NCBI GenBank assembly: GCA_026396065.1
Contig: JAPLXO010000003.1
Span: 1,304-65,303, forward strand
DNA from: Candidatus Nomurabacteria bacterium
GTDB taxonomy: Bacteria; Patescibacteriota; Minisyncoccia; Phycocordibacterales; UBA9973
DNA length: 64,000 nucleotides
Direction: 5' to 3'
Both the position numbers and the translations under genes were made by a program. Below the pieces are notes generated by a model. It made no database searches, was not told where the DNA came from, and was given only the letters and a program-made list of their open reading frames with translations. This document shows, in pieces, positions 36,277-45,033 of this stretch. The first letter of the stretch is position 1, and each line of letters starts with the position of its first letter.

Positions 36277-37980
36277 ATGAAACAAATAATAGAAAACTTA
36301 ATACGACAAGCTTTAAAAAATCTGGACATAGGCGAGGTGAATTTTATTGTGGAACATCCAGAAGATTTTAAGAATGGAGATTATTCCACAAATGTGGCTA
36401 TGGTGTGCGCAAAGCAATTAAAAATGAATCCGAAAGCACTAGCAGAAAAAATTTCTGCAGAAATTTTTTCTGCTAAAGAGTCACAAATTTCAAAAATAGA
36501 AGTCGCAGGGGCAGGGTTTATAAATTTCTATTTATCACGAGAGTTTTTCAGTAATTCAGTAAAAGAAGTTTTAGAAAAAGGAGCAGATTATGGAAAAAAT
36601 AATTCTCTAACTGGTAAAAAGGTAATGGTGGAATATACTCAGCCAAACCCTTTCAAGCCATTTCATATTGGGCATCTTATGAGTAATTCTATCGGTGAAT
36701 CAATTTCTAGAATTGTTGAATTTTCTGGTGCGAAAACAGTGCGAGCGAATTATCAAGGTGACGTTGGTCCACACGTAGCAAAAGCTATATATGGTATGTA
36801 TAAAGCCGGCCCTCCAGCGAATGAATCTACAGCATCTGTGTCTGTCTTGGCTCAATATATTGGACAATGTTATTCACAGGGTAGTAATTTTTATGATACT
36901 GATGAACAGGCCAAAAAAGAAATAGATGAAATAAATAAAAAAGTTTACAACAGAAGTGATGAAAAAATAAATCAAATATATGATTGGGGTAGGAAAGTAA
37001 CATTGGAAGCTTTTGAAGAACTTTACAAAATTCTCGGTACAAAATTCGATTACTACTTTTTTGAAAGTGAAATGGCTCCAATAGGAGAAAAGATTGTCCG
37101 TGCAAATATTCCGAAAGTTTTTGAAGAGTCTGACGGCGCAATAGTTTTTCATGCAGAAAAATATAATCCAAAGCTCCACACTAGAGTATTCCTCACTTCT
37201 CATGGTATTCCACTTTATGAGACAAAAGAAATAGGCCTCACTACTACAAAATTTGAAAAGGAAAATCCTGATATCTCTATCGTCACCACAGCCATAGAAC
37301 AAGGCGAATATATGAAAGTAGTCCAGCAAGCTATTGCATTAATGCATCCAGAACTAGAATCTAGAATGAAACATATTACTCATGGTATGATGCGCCTAGC
37401 ATCAGGTAAGATGTCTTCTCGAAAAGGAAATGTCGTCACAGGGGAGTCACTGCTTCGTGATTCTATGGATGTAGTTTTAGAGAAAATAAAAGATCGAGAA
37501 TTTACAGATGAAGAAAAGAAAAAAGTTTCCGAAAGTGTCGGTGTGGCTGCACTGAAATATTCAATCCTTCGTTCATCTCTCGGCTCTGATATTATTTATG
37601 ATTTTGAAAAGTCTATTTCATTCGAAGGGGATTCTGGTCCTTATTTGCAATACTCTGCAATGCGTGCAAAATCTATTCTTGCGAAAGCATTGAATCATAC
37701 TTCGTTTAACGAAATTCCAGAACAAGTTTCAGATTTAGAAAAAATACTTTATCGTTTTCCTGAAGTCGTAGCTCATTCATATGCAGAGCTCGAGCCACAT
37801 CATATAGCTACATATCTCACATCTTTGGCTTCTAGTTTTAATTCTTTTTATACGAATACTCAGATATTAAATACAGAAGATAAATATTCTCATTATTATG
37901 TCGCCCTCACGAAAGCCTTTCTCTCCACAATGCAAAACGGCCTTTGGCTTTTAGGAATTACTTTGCCAGAGAGAATGTGA
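36277..37980 (+). CDS. argS: arginyl-tRNA synthetase
   Basis: Arg-tRNA synthetase N-domain (HPEDFKNGDYSTNVAM), HIGH-class motif PFHIGHLMS, KMSSRKG, and a DALR-like C-terminus. Confidence 0.9.
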   Translation: MKQIIENLIRQALKNLDIGEVNFIVEHPEDFKNGDYSTNVAMVCAKQLKMNPKALAEKISAEIFSAKESQISKIEVAGAGFINFYLSREFFSNSVKEVLEKGADYGKNNSLTGKKVMVEYTQPNPFKPFHIGHLMSNSIGESISRIVEFSGAKTVRANYQGDVGPHVAKAIYGMYKAGPPANESTASVSVLAQYIGQCYSQGSNFYDTDEQAKKEIDEINKKVYNRSDEKINQIYDWGRKVTLEAFEELYKILGTKFDYYFFESEMAPIGEKIVRANIPKVFEESDGAIVFHAEKYNPKLHTRVFLTSHGIPLYETKEIGLTTTKFEKENPDISIVTTAIEQGEYMKVVQQAIALMHPELESRMKHITHGMMRLASGKMSSRKGNVVTGESLLRDSMDVVLEKIKDREFTDEEKKKVSESVGVAALKYSILRSSLGSDIIYDFEKSISFEGDSGPYLQYSAMRAKSILAKALNHTSFNEIPEQVSDLEKILYRFPEVVAHSYAELEPHHIATYLTSLASSFNSFYTNTQILNTEDKYSHYYVALTKAFLSTMQNGLWLLGITLPERM

Positions 37981-38030
37981 TTCAGCAGAATCACTCTTGG
38001 AGTAAATTTTATAAAATTTGCAAAAAAATA

Positions 38031-38057
38031 ACCCGCTTCACAATTAAGGAAGCGGGT
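38031..38057. terminator. bidirectional terminator hairpin between argS and the 38061 gene
   Basis: ACCCGCTTCacaattaaGGAAGCGGGT followed by a T-run. Confidence 0.5.
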
Positions 38058-38060
38058 ATT

Positions 38061-38627
38061 TTAATCAGGTTCTAGTCCTGATTCATTGATTTCTTTTGTT
38101 AGTTTCGTTACTTCATTATTAGTAACTTTTTTTCTTTTCTTTAAAATTTTTATCCAACCGAATCCTTCTTTTTTTGAATGAATCTCGGTGGTGCGTCCTC
38201 CACCTCTAAAATAAATTTTACCATGTCGTCCACAACCTTCGCATATTAAAAAATATGCTTGTTTTACGGTCTCGCTAGACTCGAGATATTCAGAGTCTGT
38301 TACCATTTCAGTAAGAAAATCATTCAAATCAGTAAAAAGTTCACTTTTCATTTGAATAATTTTTTTTCTTCTAATTTTAAATGGCATTTTACCTAATATT
38401 ATTTTTTCCGCTTCTTGAATTTCAAGTCCTAAAGCAGATGCATTCATTGTAGAAATTTGGTTGAAACTACGAAGCTTGCTAATTAGGTTTAAAACTTCAA
38501 TTTTTGTTTTGTATGTTTTACTTTTGCTTCCGTTATCGAAAACAAGTTGTGCTTTAGCTCCACCATTGAGCCAAAGTAGCTTGATATGTGTGTCTAAAAT
38601 CATTGTGTGATTATTTGTTAATTTCAA
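38061..38627 (-). CDS. hypothetical protein (188 aa)
   Basis: ORF with no recognisable motif. Confidence 0.5.
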   Translation of the reverse strand: MKLTNNHTMILDTHIKLLWLNGGAKAQLVFDNGSKSKTYKTKIEVLNLISKLRSFNQISTMNASALGLEIQEAEKIILGKMPFKIRRKKIIQMKSELFTDLNDFLTEMVTDSEYLESSETVKQAYFLICEGCGRHGKIYFRGGGRTTEIHSKKEGFGWIKILKKRKKVTNNEVTKLTKEINESGLEPD

Positions 38628-38873
38628 GGTACAGATCGATCGTTCGCTTTCCCTTGGTGGATATACTAGCTTACATAGATTTTATGTCAAATATCTTCTT
38701 TACAATCTAATATTAAAGTGATAGTCTTCGAATAAGATTTCTTTGTAAAATATAAGGTAAGTGAGGGGAGTATTTTGCAAATCTATATAGGTTTTCAAGA
38801 CACTCTTCTCATTAAATTTATTAATGAAAAGAGCGACAATTAACTAGTAATTAATAATTAATACCTTTAAAAG

Positions 38874-39458
38874 ATGAATTTAACACAATTTTTAAATGCA
38901 ATTAAGAGACAAAAACCTCTTATTTGCATCCAGGGTGATATTTTTCTTACCCCTGCGGACCACATTGTATTTGCTGTGAATTACCCATCGAAAGATGGAA
39001 AATGGAATAACACCGGTGGCTTTGCCGGAGATGTTGTAGCCAGAGGATGGACAAATCTTCCTGAAATTAAGTTTGAAAAAGGTCAAACAATTTCAAAAAA
39101 GATTTTTGGAAAAACTTATCATGCAATTGCCGTGCACTCAAACGAAGAATATGGTTGGGACGAAGCTCCAGATCTTATTCAACTTTGTTTAGACAAATTA
39201 CCGGTAAATAGTACTAGCGTAATGGCTATTGTACTAATCGGTGGAGGAAAAGCTGGTGAAAAGTATGTAGCCAGTATTAAAAATGTGGAAGGCATCAGCC
39301 GGACGTATAAAACAGTGGTACTTTATGTTAAAGAAGTGGAGCATTACAAATATTTACTTGCAGCTGGATACGTTTCTGCCGTTGTAGATGTTCCCAGAAC
39401 TTTTAAGTTAAGAGACGACTACTTTCTTACGGAAGAAAGGACGGCTACTTCTGCTTAA
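38874..39458 (+). CDS. macro-domain (ADP-ribose binding/processing) protein
   Basis: ICIQGDIFLTPADHIVFAVN....NNTGGFAGDV matches the macro-domain GDIT...DAIVNAAN...GGGGV pattern. Confidence 0.5.
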   Translation: MNLTQFLNAIKRQKPLICIQGDIFLTPADHIVFAVNYPSKDGKWNNTGGFAGDVVARGWTNLPEIKFEKGQTISKKIFGKTYHAIAVHSNEEYGWDEAPDLIQLCLDKLPVNSTSVMAIVLIGGGKAGEKYVASIKNVEGISRTYKTVVLYVKEVEHYKYLLAAGYVSAVVDVPRTFKLRDDYFLTEERTATSA

Positions 39459-39482
39459 AAATGATTTTATTTTTTATATTGT

Positions 39483-39515
39483 AAAAATCCTTTTGGTGTA
39501 TATCAAAAGGATTTT
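39483..39515 (+). terminator. terminator hairpin after the macro-domain gene
   Basis: AAAATCCTTTTggtgtatatcAAAAGGATTTT. Confidence 0.5.
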
Positions 39516-39554
39516 TAATTTGTAATTTTTTGTGATTTTGTGTATAGTATAAAT

Positions 39555-39708
39555 ACAAGCGTTGAAGGGAAATCACCCCTGAGCTTTGGGAAGAAACCTG
39601 TAAAAAGGCGTAGAACCCATTAAATGAGAAGTAAGCAAGGTGGTACCACGAGAAACTCGTCCTTGTATAGCAATTTAATTATTGTTGTACGCGGACGAGT
39701 TTTTTTAA
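39555..39708 (+). ncRNA. T-box riboswitch leader of ileS (Ile AUC specifier candidate)
   Basis: Conserved T-box sequence AAGGTGGTACCACGAG. Terminator ACTCGTCC...GGACGAGTTTTTTT directly precedes the ileS ATG. An AUC-A is present in the stem I region (gaaATCAccc). Confidence 0.6.
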
Positions 39709-39726
39709 TTTTAATTTAATAAATAT

Positions 39727-42700
39727 ATGGAAGAAAAAAAAGATACAACTAAATCAGAAATAGCACTTCGCGAAGAAGCGGTTTTGGCTTTTTGGCGAGA
39801 AAATAAAACATTTGAAAAATCTTTAGAAAAAGAATCTCCAAAAGGAAATTATGTTTTTTATGATGGTCCACCATTTGCGACAGGGCAGATGCACTACGGG
39901 CATATTTTAGGTTCGACTGCGAAAGATGTCATCGGTCGCTATCAAACTATGCGCGGATACCATGTTCCACGAAAATGGGGCTGGGATTGTCATGGTTTGC
40001 CTATTGAAAACATTGTAGAAAAAGAACTCGGAATAGCAGGACATAAAGAAATTGAAAAATATGGAATAGAAAAGTTTATTGAGTATGCACGAAGTAAAGT
40101 TTTGCAATATGAAGATGATTGGGAATCTGGTGTAGAGCGTATCGGTCGCTGGGTGGATTTTCGTGGTGGCTACAAGACGATGGATAATAATTTTATCGAA
40201 TCAGTGTGGTGGGCGCTTTCAGAATTTTATAAAAAAGGTTTAGTTTATGAAGGTGTGCGCGTACTGGCGTATTGCGCCCGCTGTGAGACACCAATAGCGA
40301 ATTCCGAAATCGCGATGGATAACAGTTATAAAGATATTTCTGATCTTTCAGTATATGTGAAATTTGAATTAGTAGACGAACCAAATACATATTTACTCGC
40401 GTGGACTACTACACCTTGGACTTTGCCAGGGAATACTGCTATCGCGATAAATAAAGATATTGATTATGTAAAAGTAAGACTTACAGAGGATGCTCAAATC
40501 CAAAAAGCTGGAACAGGTACTTATAATGTTTATACTCCTGAATTTTTAATTTTAGCTAAAGTTCTTGTTGAGAAAGTTTTAAAGGATAAAATATTTGAAG
40601 TTGTTGAAGAATATAAAGGTGAAAAATTAGTCGGAAAATCATACAAACCAATTTTTAAATATTATGAAAATGTTGAAATGCCAAATAAAGAAAATATTTG
40701 GAAAGTTTGGCATGCAGATTTCGTAACGACAGAAAAGGGAACAGGTATCGCACACCAAGCCCCAGCTTTCGGAGAAGAAGACTTCGTCTTGGCAAAAGAA
40801 AATAACGTACCATTTATTATTCACGTGAATAATACTGGCAAATTCGTAGATCAAGTTTCTGATATGGCAGGGCTAGCAGTAAAACCAAAAGACACAGCTG
40901 AAGACAAAGACGCGCACATGCGCACAGACATAGAAGTCATCAGAAAACTCCAAGAAAACGGAGCATTTTTTGCGAAAGAAAAAATACTGCACTCATACCC
41001 GCACTGTATGCGTTGTGATACTCCTATTATTTATTATGCTTTGCCATCTTGGTTTATCAATATCACGAAAGTAAAATCAGATATTGCAAAAAGTGCCGAA
41101 GAAATGAATTGGATTCCAGCGCACCTAAAAGATGGAAGATTTAAAAATATTTTAGAATCTGCCCCTGATTGGAATATCTCTCGCAATCGTTATTGGGCTT
41201 CGCCTCTTCCTGTTTGGAAATGCACGAAGTGTAAAGAAATGAAATTTATTTCTTCACTTGAAGATTTGAAAAAGCATACAAAAAAATCTGGAAATAAATA
41301 TTTTGTAATGCGTCATGGTGAGACAGAGGCAAATAAAAAAGGAATAATCTGTTCTATGCCTTCTGGTAAGTGGCATTTGGATGAAGATGGAATAAGGCAA
41401 GTCGAAAATGCAGGTGAGAATATGAAAGATAAGAAAATCGACTTGATATTTGTATCTGATTTTACTCGTACACAAGAAACAGCTGAAATAATGAGGTTAA
41501 AACTCGGCTTGGAAAAAGAGAGTGTAATAGTAGAGAAAAGGCTTCGTGAAATAGGCGCGTATTCTTTTGATGGAAAAGTTTGGGATGAATATCACGCATT
41601 TCATACAAAGACAGTAGAGAATTTCAACAAGCGCGTGAATGATGATGAATCGTACGAAGATGTGAAAGTTCGTATGACAGCATTCCTATATGAAATAGAA
41701 GAAAAATATAAAGGTAAAAATATTTTATTTGTCACTCACGGTGGGCCAGCTTGGCTTTTGACGGCAGGATCTATGGGTAATGATGTAAAAGAAACCTTGG
41801 CAATGATTTTAGATGTTAAGGATTATCATTATTTCCAAAATGCGGAAATAAAAGAATTGGATTTTACTCCTATCTCACACAATGCAAAATTTGAACTTGA
41901 TTTTCATCGACCATATATCGACAATATAAATCTCATTTGTGAGTGTGGTGAAGAAATGAAAAGAATCCCAGAAGTGCTGGATTGCTGGTTTGAATCTGGT
42001 TCTATGCCTTTCGCTCAAGATCATTTTCCTTTTGACCCCGAAGGAAAGATTACTTCCTACGGGGCAGGAAATTCAGACTGGGAAAAGAACAACTTTCCTG
42101 CAGGATTCGTGGCTGAATATATCGCTCAGACTAGAACATGGTTCAACTACACTCTCACAGTTTCTTCTGTTTTATTTGGTCATGCACCTTTTAAAAATGT
42201 CGTGACGACTGGAACTGTGCGCGCAGAAGATGGAGAAAAAATGTCTAAATCGAAAAATAATTTCCCTAATCCAAAGACTTTATTTGATAAGTATGGTGTG
42301 GATGCACTTCGTATGTATTTGATGTCTGGTCCACTAATGAAAGGGGAAGATGCGAATTTCGTAGAAAAACTCGTACAAGAAATATCTAGTAAAATAGTCG
42401 GCCGACTTGAAAACGTTGTTGCCTTTTATGAATTGTATAAAGACACCTCACCCCAACCCTCTCCTTATAAAGGAGAGGGAGCTAAAAACGTGCTTGATGT
42501 ATGGATTCTTTCTCGACTTGCACAAGTGATGGAAGAAGTGACTCTTGGTATGGAAGCTTATGATATGGCTTCGGCTACAAAACCTTTTGATTTATTTATC
42601 GATGACCTTTCTACTTGGTATCTCCGTCGTTCCCGTGACAGAATGAAAGAAGAGGCAAGCAACCCCGAAGGAAAGAGTACTTCCTACGGGGCAAGAACGA

Positions 42701-43347
42701 CTTTGTATTTTGTACTCAAAAATTTGGCAAAAGTCATAGCTCCGTTTGCGCCATTCGTGTCAGAAAACATTTGGATGAAATTGCGACTTGAGAATGAAGT
42801 TGAAAGTGTACATTTAGTAAACTGGCCCGACCTCACCCTGCCCTCTCCTGGAGAGGAGAGGGTTCTAGAAGAGATGCAGAAAACGAGAAACATTGTTTCT
42901 GTGGGATTAAAAGAGAGGCAAAAATTAGGAATTCCTGTGCGTCAGGTTTTGGGTGGTGTGAAAGTTAGTATTGAAAAATTAGATAATGAATATTTAGATT
43001 TAATAAAAGAAGAGTTGAACGTCAAAGAAGTGACACTAGAAACTAGCAACTCGAACCTAGAAACTAGTGTCGTACTCGACACGGTCATTACTCCCGAACT
43101 AAAAGAAGAAGGGAACTACCGTGAACTCGTTCGCGCGATTCAAGACATGCGTAAAAAAGCAGGGCTCACTCCTTCAGATATAATTTCTCTTTCTATAGAA
43201 ACTGACGAGATAGGAAAATCTTTAATTCAAAAATTCGAAGCTGATTTCAAGAAAACTATTTTGGTGAAAGAAATAAAGTTTGAGAGTAATACTGGGGAAG
43301 AAGTAAAAGTGGATACTTTAATCTTTAAAGTTAGTATTGAAAAATAA
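39727..43347 (+). CDS. ileS: isoleucyl-tRNA synthetase carrying an embedded histidine-phosphatase domain and several in-frame palindromic mini-insertions
   Basis: HIGH (PFATGQMHYGHIL), editing domain, KMSKS (GEKMSKSKNN), zinc-knuckle halves CTKC ... CECG. 1206 aa, versus roughly 920-1050 aa for typical IleS. Confidence 0.95.
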   Translation: MEEKKDTTKSEIALREEAVLAFWRENKTFEKSLEKESPKGNYVFYDGPPFATGQMHYGHILGSTAKDVIGRYQTMRGYHVPRKWGWDCHGLPIENIVEKELGIAGHKEIEKYGIEKFIEYARSKVLQYEDDWESGVERIGRWVDFRGGYKTMDNNFIESVWWALSEFYKKGLVYEGVRVLAYCARCETPIANSEIAMDNSYKDISDLSVYVKFELVDEPNTYLLAWTTTPWTLPGNTAIAINKDIDYVKVRLTEDAQIQKAGTGTYNVYTPEFLILAKVLVEKVLKDKIFEVVEEYKGEKLVGKSYKPIFKYYENVEMPNKENIWKVWHADFVTTEKGTGIAHQAPAFGEEDFVLAKENNVPFIIHVNNTGKFVDQVSDMAGLAVKPKDTAEDKDAHMRTDIEVIRKLQENGAFFAKEKILHSYPHCMRCDTPIIYYALPSWFINITKVKSDIAKSAEEMNWIPAHLKDGRFKNILESAPDWNISRNRYWASPLPVWKCTKCKEMKFISSLEDLKKHTKKSGNKYFVMRHGETEANKKGIICSMPSGKWHLDEDGIRQVENAGENMKDKKIDLIFVSDFTRTQETAEIMRLKLGLEKESVIVEKRLREIGAYSFDGKVWDEYHAFHTKTVENFNKRVNDDESYEDVKVRMTAFLYEIEEKYKGKNILFVTHGGPAWLLTAGSMGNDVKETLAMILDVKDYHYFQNAEIKELDFTPISHNAKFELDFHRPYIDNINLICECGEEMKRIPEVLDCWFESGSMPFAQDHFPFDPEGKITSYGAGNSDWEKNNFPAGFVAEYIAQTRTWFNYTLTVSSVLFGHAPFKNVVTTGTVRAEDGEKMSKSKNNFPNPKTLFDKYGVDALRMYLMSGPLMKGEDANFVEKLVQEISSKIVGRLENVVAFYELYKDTSPQPSPYKGEGAKNVLDVWILSRLAQVMEEVTLGMEAYDMASATKPFDLFIDDLSTWYLRRSRDRMKEEASNPEGKSTSYGARTTLYFVLKNLAKVIAPFAPFVSENIWMKLRLENEVESVHLVNWPDLTLPSPGEERVLEEMQKTRNIVSVGLKERQKLGIPVRQVLGGVKVSIEKLDNEYLDLIKEELNVKEVTLETSNSNLETSVVLDTVITPELKEEGNYRELVRAIQDMRKKAGLTPSDIISLSIETDEIGKSLIQKFEADFKKTILVKEIKFESNTGEEVKVDTLIFKVSIEK
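41240..41900 (+). other. in-frame histidine phosphatase (PGAM-like) domain inserted between the two zinc-knuckle halves of IleS
   Basis: YFVMRHGETEANKKG (RHG catalytic His motif) ... ILFVTHGGPAWLL (second conserved His motif). ~220 aa between PVWKCTKCKE and ICECGEEM. Confidence 0.7.
42036..42064. repeat. 29-bp palindromic insert CCCCGAAGGAAAGATTACTTCCTACGGGG, in-frame in ileS
   Basis: Encodes PEGKITSYG. A second copy at 42663-42691 differs by one nt. Confidence 0.8.
42444..42479. repeat. GC-rich palindromic mini-element, in-frame in ileS
   Basis: CACCTCACCCCAACCCTCTCCTTataAAGGAGAGGG with a 10-bp perfect stem. Encodes TSPQPSPYKGEG. Confidence 0.85.
42663..42691. repeat. second copy of the 29-bp palindromic insert, in-frame in ileS
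   Basis: CCCCGAAGGAAAGAGTACTTCCTACGGGG. Encodes PEGKSTSYG. Confidence 0.8.
42831..42862. repeat. variant GC-rich palindromic mini-element, in-frame in ileS
   Basis: CCTCACCCTGCCCTCTCCTggagAGGAGAGGG. Encodes LTLPSPGEER. Confidence 0.7.
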
Positions 43348-43366
43348 GGGTATTTACTCATTTTGC

Positions 43367-43395
43367 TTGACTTTTTCGTGCATTGGTGCTATACT
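43367..43395 (+). promoter_or_regulatory. near-consensus sigma70-type promoter upstream of the DGR target gene
   Basis: TTGACT - 17 bp - TATACT. Confidence 0.5.
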
Positions 43396-43530
43396 TTCAG
43401 TTGGTAAAGTTCGTTGAAAAATGCTTGTTTTTGGGCTTGTTGCTCGGTTTTAGGAATCTTTATTTTATTTGGATTCTTGAAACTGGGCAATAATGCTTGG
43501 GCTAAAAAAACAATCTAAAACAAAAACAAA

Positions 43531-44112
43531 ATGAAAAAATTTAAACTTGTATTGGTAATTGTTGCAATAGTTGCTTCAATTATCGCGAATGTTGTGTATG
43601 TACCTGAAGTTCGCATCCTTTGCTTTATTTTCGAATACTTCGCACTCGGTTTTTTACTTCTGCAAATTATCGCAGAGGAAAGTGGAATTGAAGTTATGAA
43701 ATTACCTGATTCTGAAACAGGCGAAACGATTTCAAAAGACTTCTTGAACTCGGGTTATTACTACGAGGGCATAGATGGCTTTTGGAAAAGTTTAGCAAAA
43801 CTTCTTCCCATTTTTCCTAAGGAAATTCTTCTTCAACAAATCAACGAAGGAGTAAAAACTGAAGAACAAATGATGGATGGCAGGAATTGGTTGTCGAGAA
43901 AGGAAGCTATGAGTTTCGGAGCACAAAATGTTAAAAGCGGTGAGTACAAAGACGGAAAGGTACGTATTTACTTCTTTAAAGACGAAGAAAACAAAGGTCA
44001 GCGCTCTGAGCTCTGCGTTTGTTTGGATGGTGACAGTCCGGACGTGGACGTGGGCAAGTTCAATCCAGAGAACCGGTGGCGCAATGGCCGCATCTCGTAT
44101 TCTCGCAAATAG
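43531..44112 (+). CDS. DGR target protein: small membrane-anchored protein with a C-terminal variable region
   Basis: N-terminal TM helices. The last ~37 codons (43996-44107) form the VR paired with the TR at 44458-44569. Confidence 0.7.
   Translation: MKKFKLVLVIVAIVASIIANVVYVPEVRILCFIFEYFALGFLLLQIIAEESGIEVMKLPDSETGETISKDFLNSGYYYEGIDGFWKSLAKLLPIFPKEILLQQINEGVKTEEQMMDGRNWLSRKEAMSFGAQNVKSGEYKDGKVRIYFFKDEENKGQRSELCVCLDGDSPDVDVGKFNPENRWRNGRISYSRK
43996..44107 (+). repeat. DGR variable repeat (VR)
   Basis: 112-bp alignment with the TR. About 20 mismatches, every one at a position where the TR has A (the VR has G or C). Confidence 0.85.
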
Positions 44113-44132
44113 ATATTTGCGAAACTTATCTT

Positions 44133-44175
44133 AAAGGGCTCTTTGATTCTTTTGAATCTGGGGCCCTTTAATTTT
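44133..44175 (+). terminator. GC hairpin plus T-run just downstream of the VR (terminator and/or homing-associated hairpin)
   Basis: AAAGGGC-23 nt-GCCCTTT followed by a T run. Confidence 0.45.
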
Positions 44176-44457
44176 TTTTTATTTTTTAAAATGTTAGAAT
44201 ATATACAGAACAGTGCGGTAATTTTCGGCAGTGTCCAATATTCTAATTAGAATACAAGCTTCTTGAAATACATTGTTTCGATTTTAATACGGTCAGAATT
44301 GTGTCGGCGAATTTTTATTTTCTTACACAAGAGCACGATATTATTTTCCATTAAAAAAATATTTATTGGTGATACTACTAGTGAGCTTCGATGCTCCAAA
44401 TAATATTCAAAAGTTTATGATTTAAACTTTGGTGGCACAGATGGTCGTATCACAGAA

Positions 44458-44569
44458 GGTCAGCGCTCTAAACTCTACGTTTATTTGAATGGTGACAATC
44501 CGAACGTGAACGTGAACAAGTTCAATCCAGAGAACAAGTGGAACAATGGCAACATCTCGTATTCTCGAA
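44458..44569 (+). repeat. DGR template repeat (TR), non-coding
   Basis: Rich in AAC/AAT codons when read in the VR frame (GQRSKLYVYLNGDNPNVNVNKFNPENKWNNGNISYSRN). No ORF covers it. Confidence 0.85.
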
Positions 44570-44640
44570 ACAAAAATTTTCTCCCCGTTTATCATTTTGG
44601 TAAATGAGGAGTTTTTAATTTACGTACATTTCTGCTATCG

Positions 44641-44985
44641 CTAGGATTTACGTAATTTTGTTTCGATTCCTTTTTTCCAACCTCCTAAAATTTTACCGAC
44701 TTCGTGAAGTTTACTTGAAAGTTCTAAATATTCTTTTTCTTTGATCAATTTGTTTTCAAAAGCAATTTGAAGTAGGTATTTTATAATGTCGTTCTTACTG
44801 ATAGCTTCGACTATCACAATGCTTTTGTTTTCCATCCCAGCATAGTATGCTTTGTAGATGAGTTCAAGTAAATCTAAAAAATGGTTTTCAATTCTGGCAC
44901 CAGTTGTATATCTGCCGATACGAGGCATATGAGGGACGATATTACTACACCAAATAGCGAAGCTCTCTTTTGTTCGCAAGATCAC
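44641..44985 (-). CDS. avd: DGR accessory variability determinant (Avd), four-helix-bundle protein
   Basis: 114 aa. C-terminal EVGKILGGW matches Bordetella phage Avd EVGRILGSW. Resembles the 23S-rRNA-IVS protein family. Confidence 0.75.
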   Translation of the reverse strand: MILRTKESFAIWCSNIVPHMPRIGRYTTGARIENHFLDLLELIYKAYYAGMENKSIVIVEAISKNDIIKYLLQIAFENKLIKEKEYLELSSKLHEVGKILGGWKKGIETKLRKS

Positions 44986-45010
44986 ACTGGCTTTCTCGAT
45001 GGAAAAAGTA

Positions 45011-45033
45011 GTGTGTGTGTGTGTGTGTGTGTG
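45011..45033. repeat. (GT)11.5 dinucleotide microsatellite at the start of the RT ORF
   Basis: GTGTGTGTGTGTGTGTGTGTGTG. Encodes VCVCVC at the RT N-terminus. Lies 26-48 nt upstream of the avd start on the other strand. Confidence 0.9.

Noticed and set aside
36827-37329. Minus-strand ORFs 36827..37171 and 36874..37329.
   Set aside because: They are antisense inside the well-supported argS CDS. The low-complexity F/K/Y-rich composition is typical of AT-rich antisense frames.
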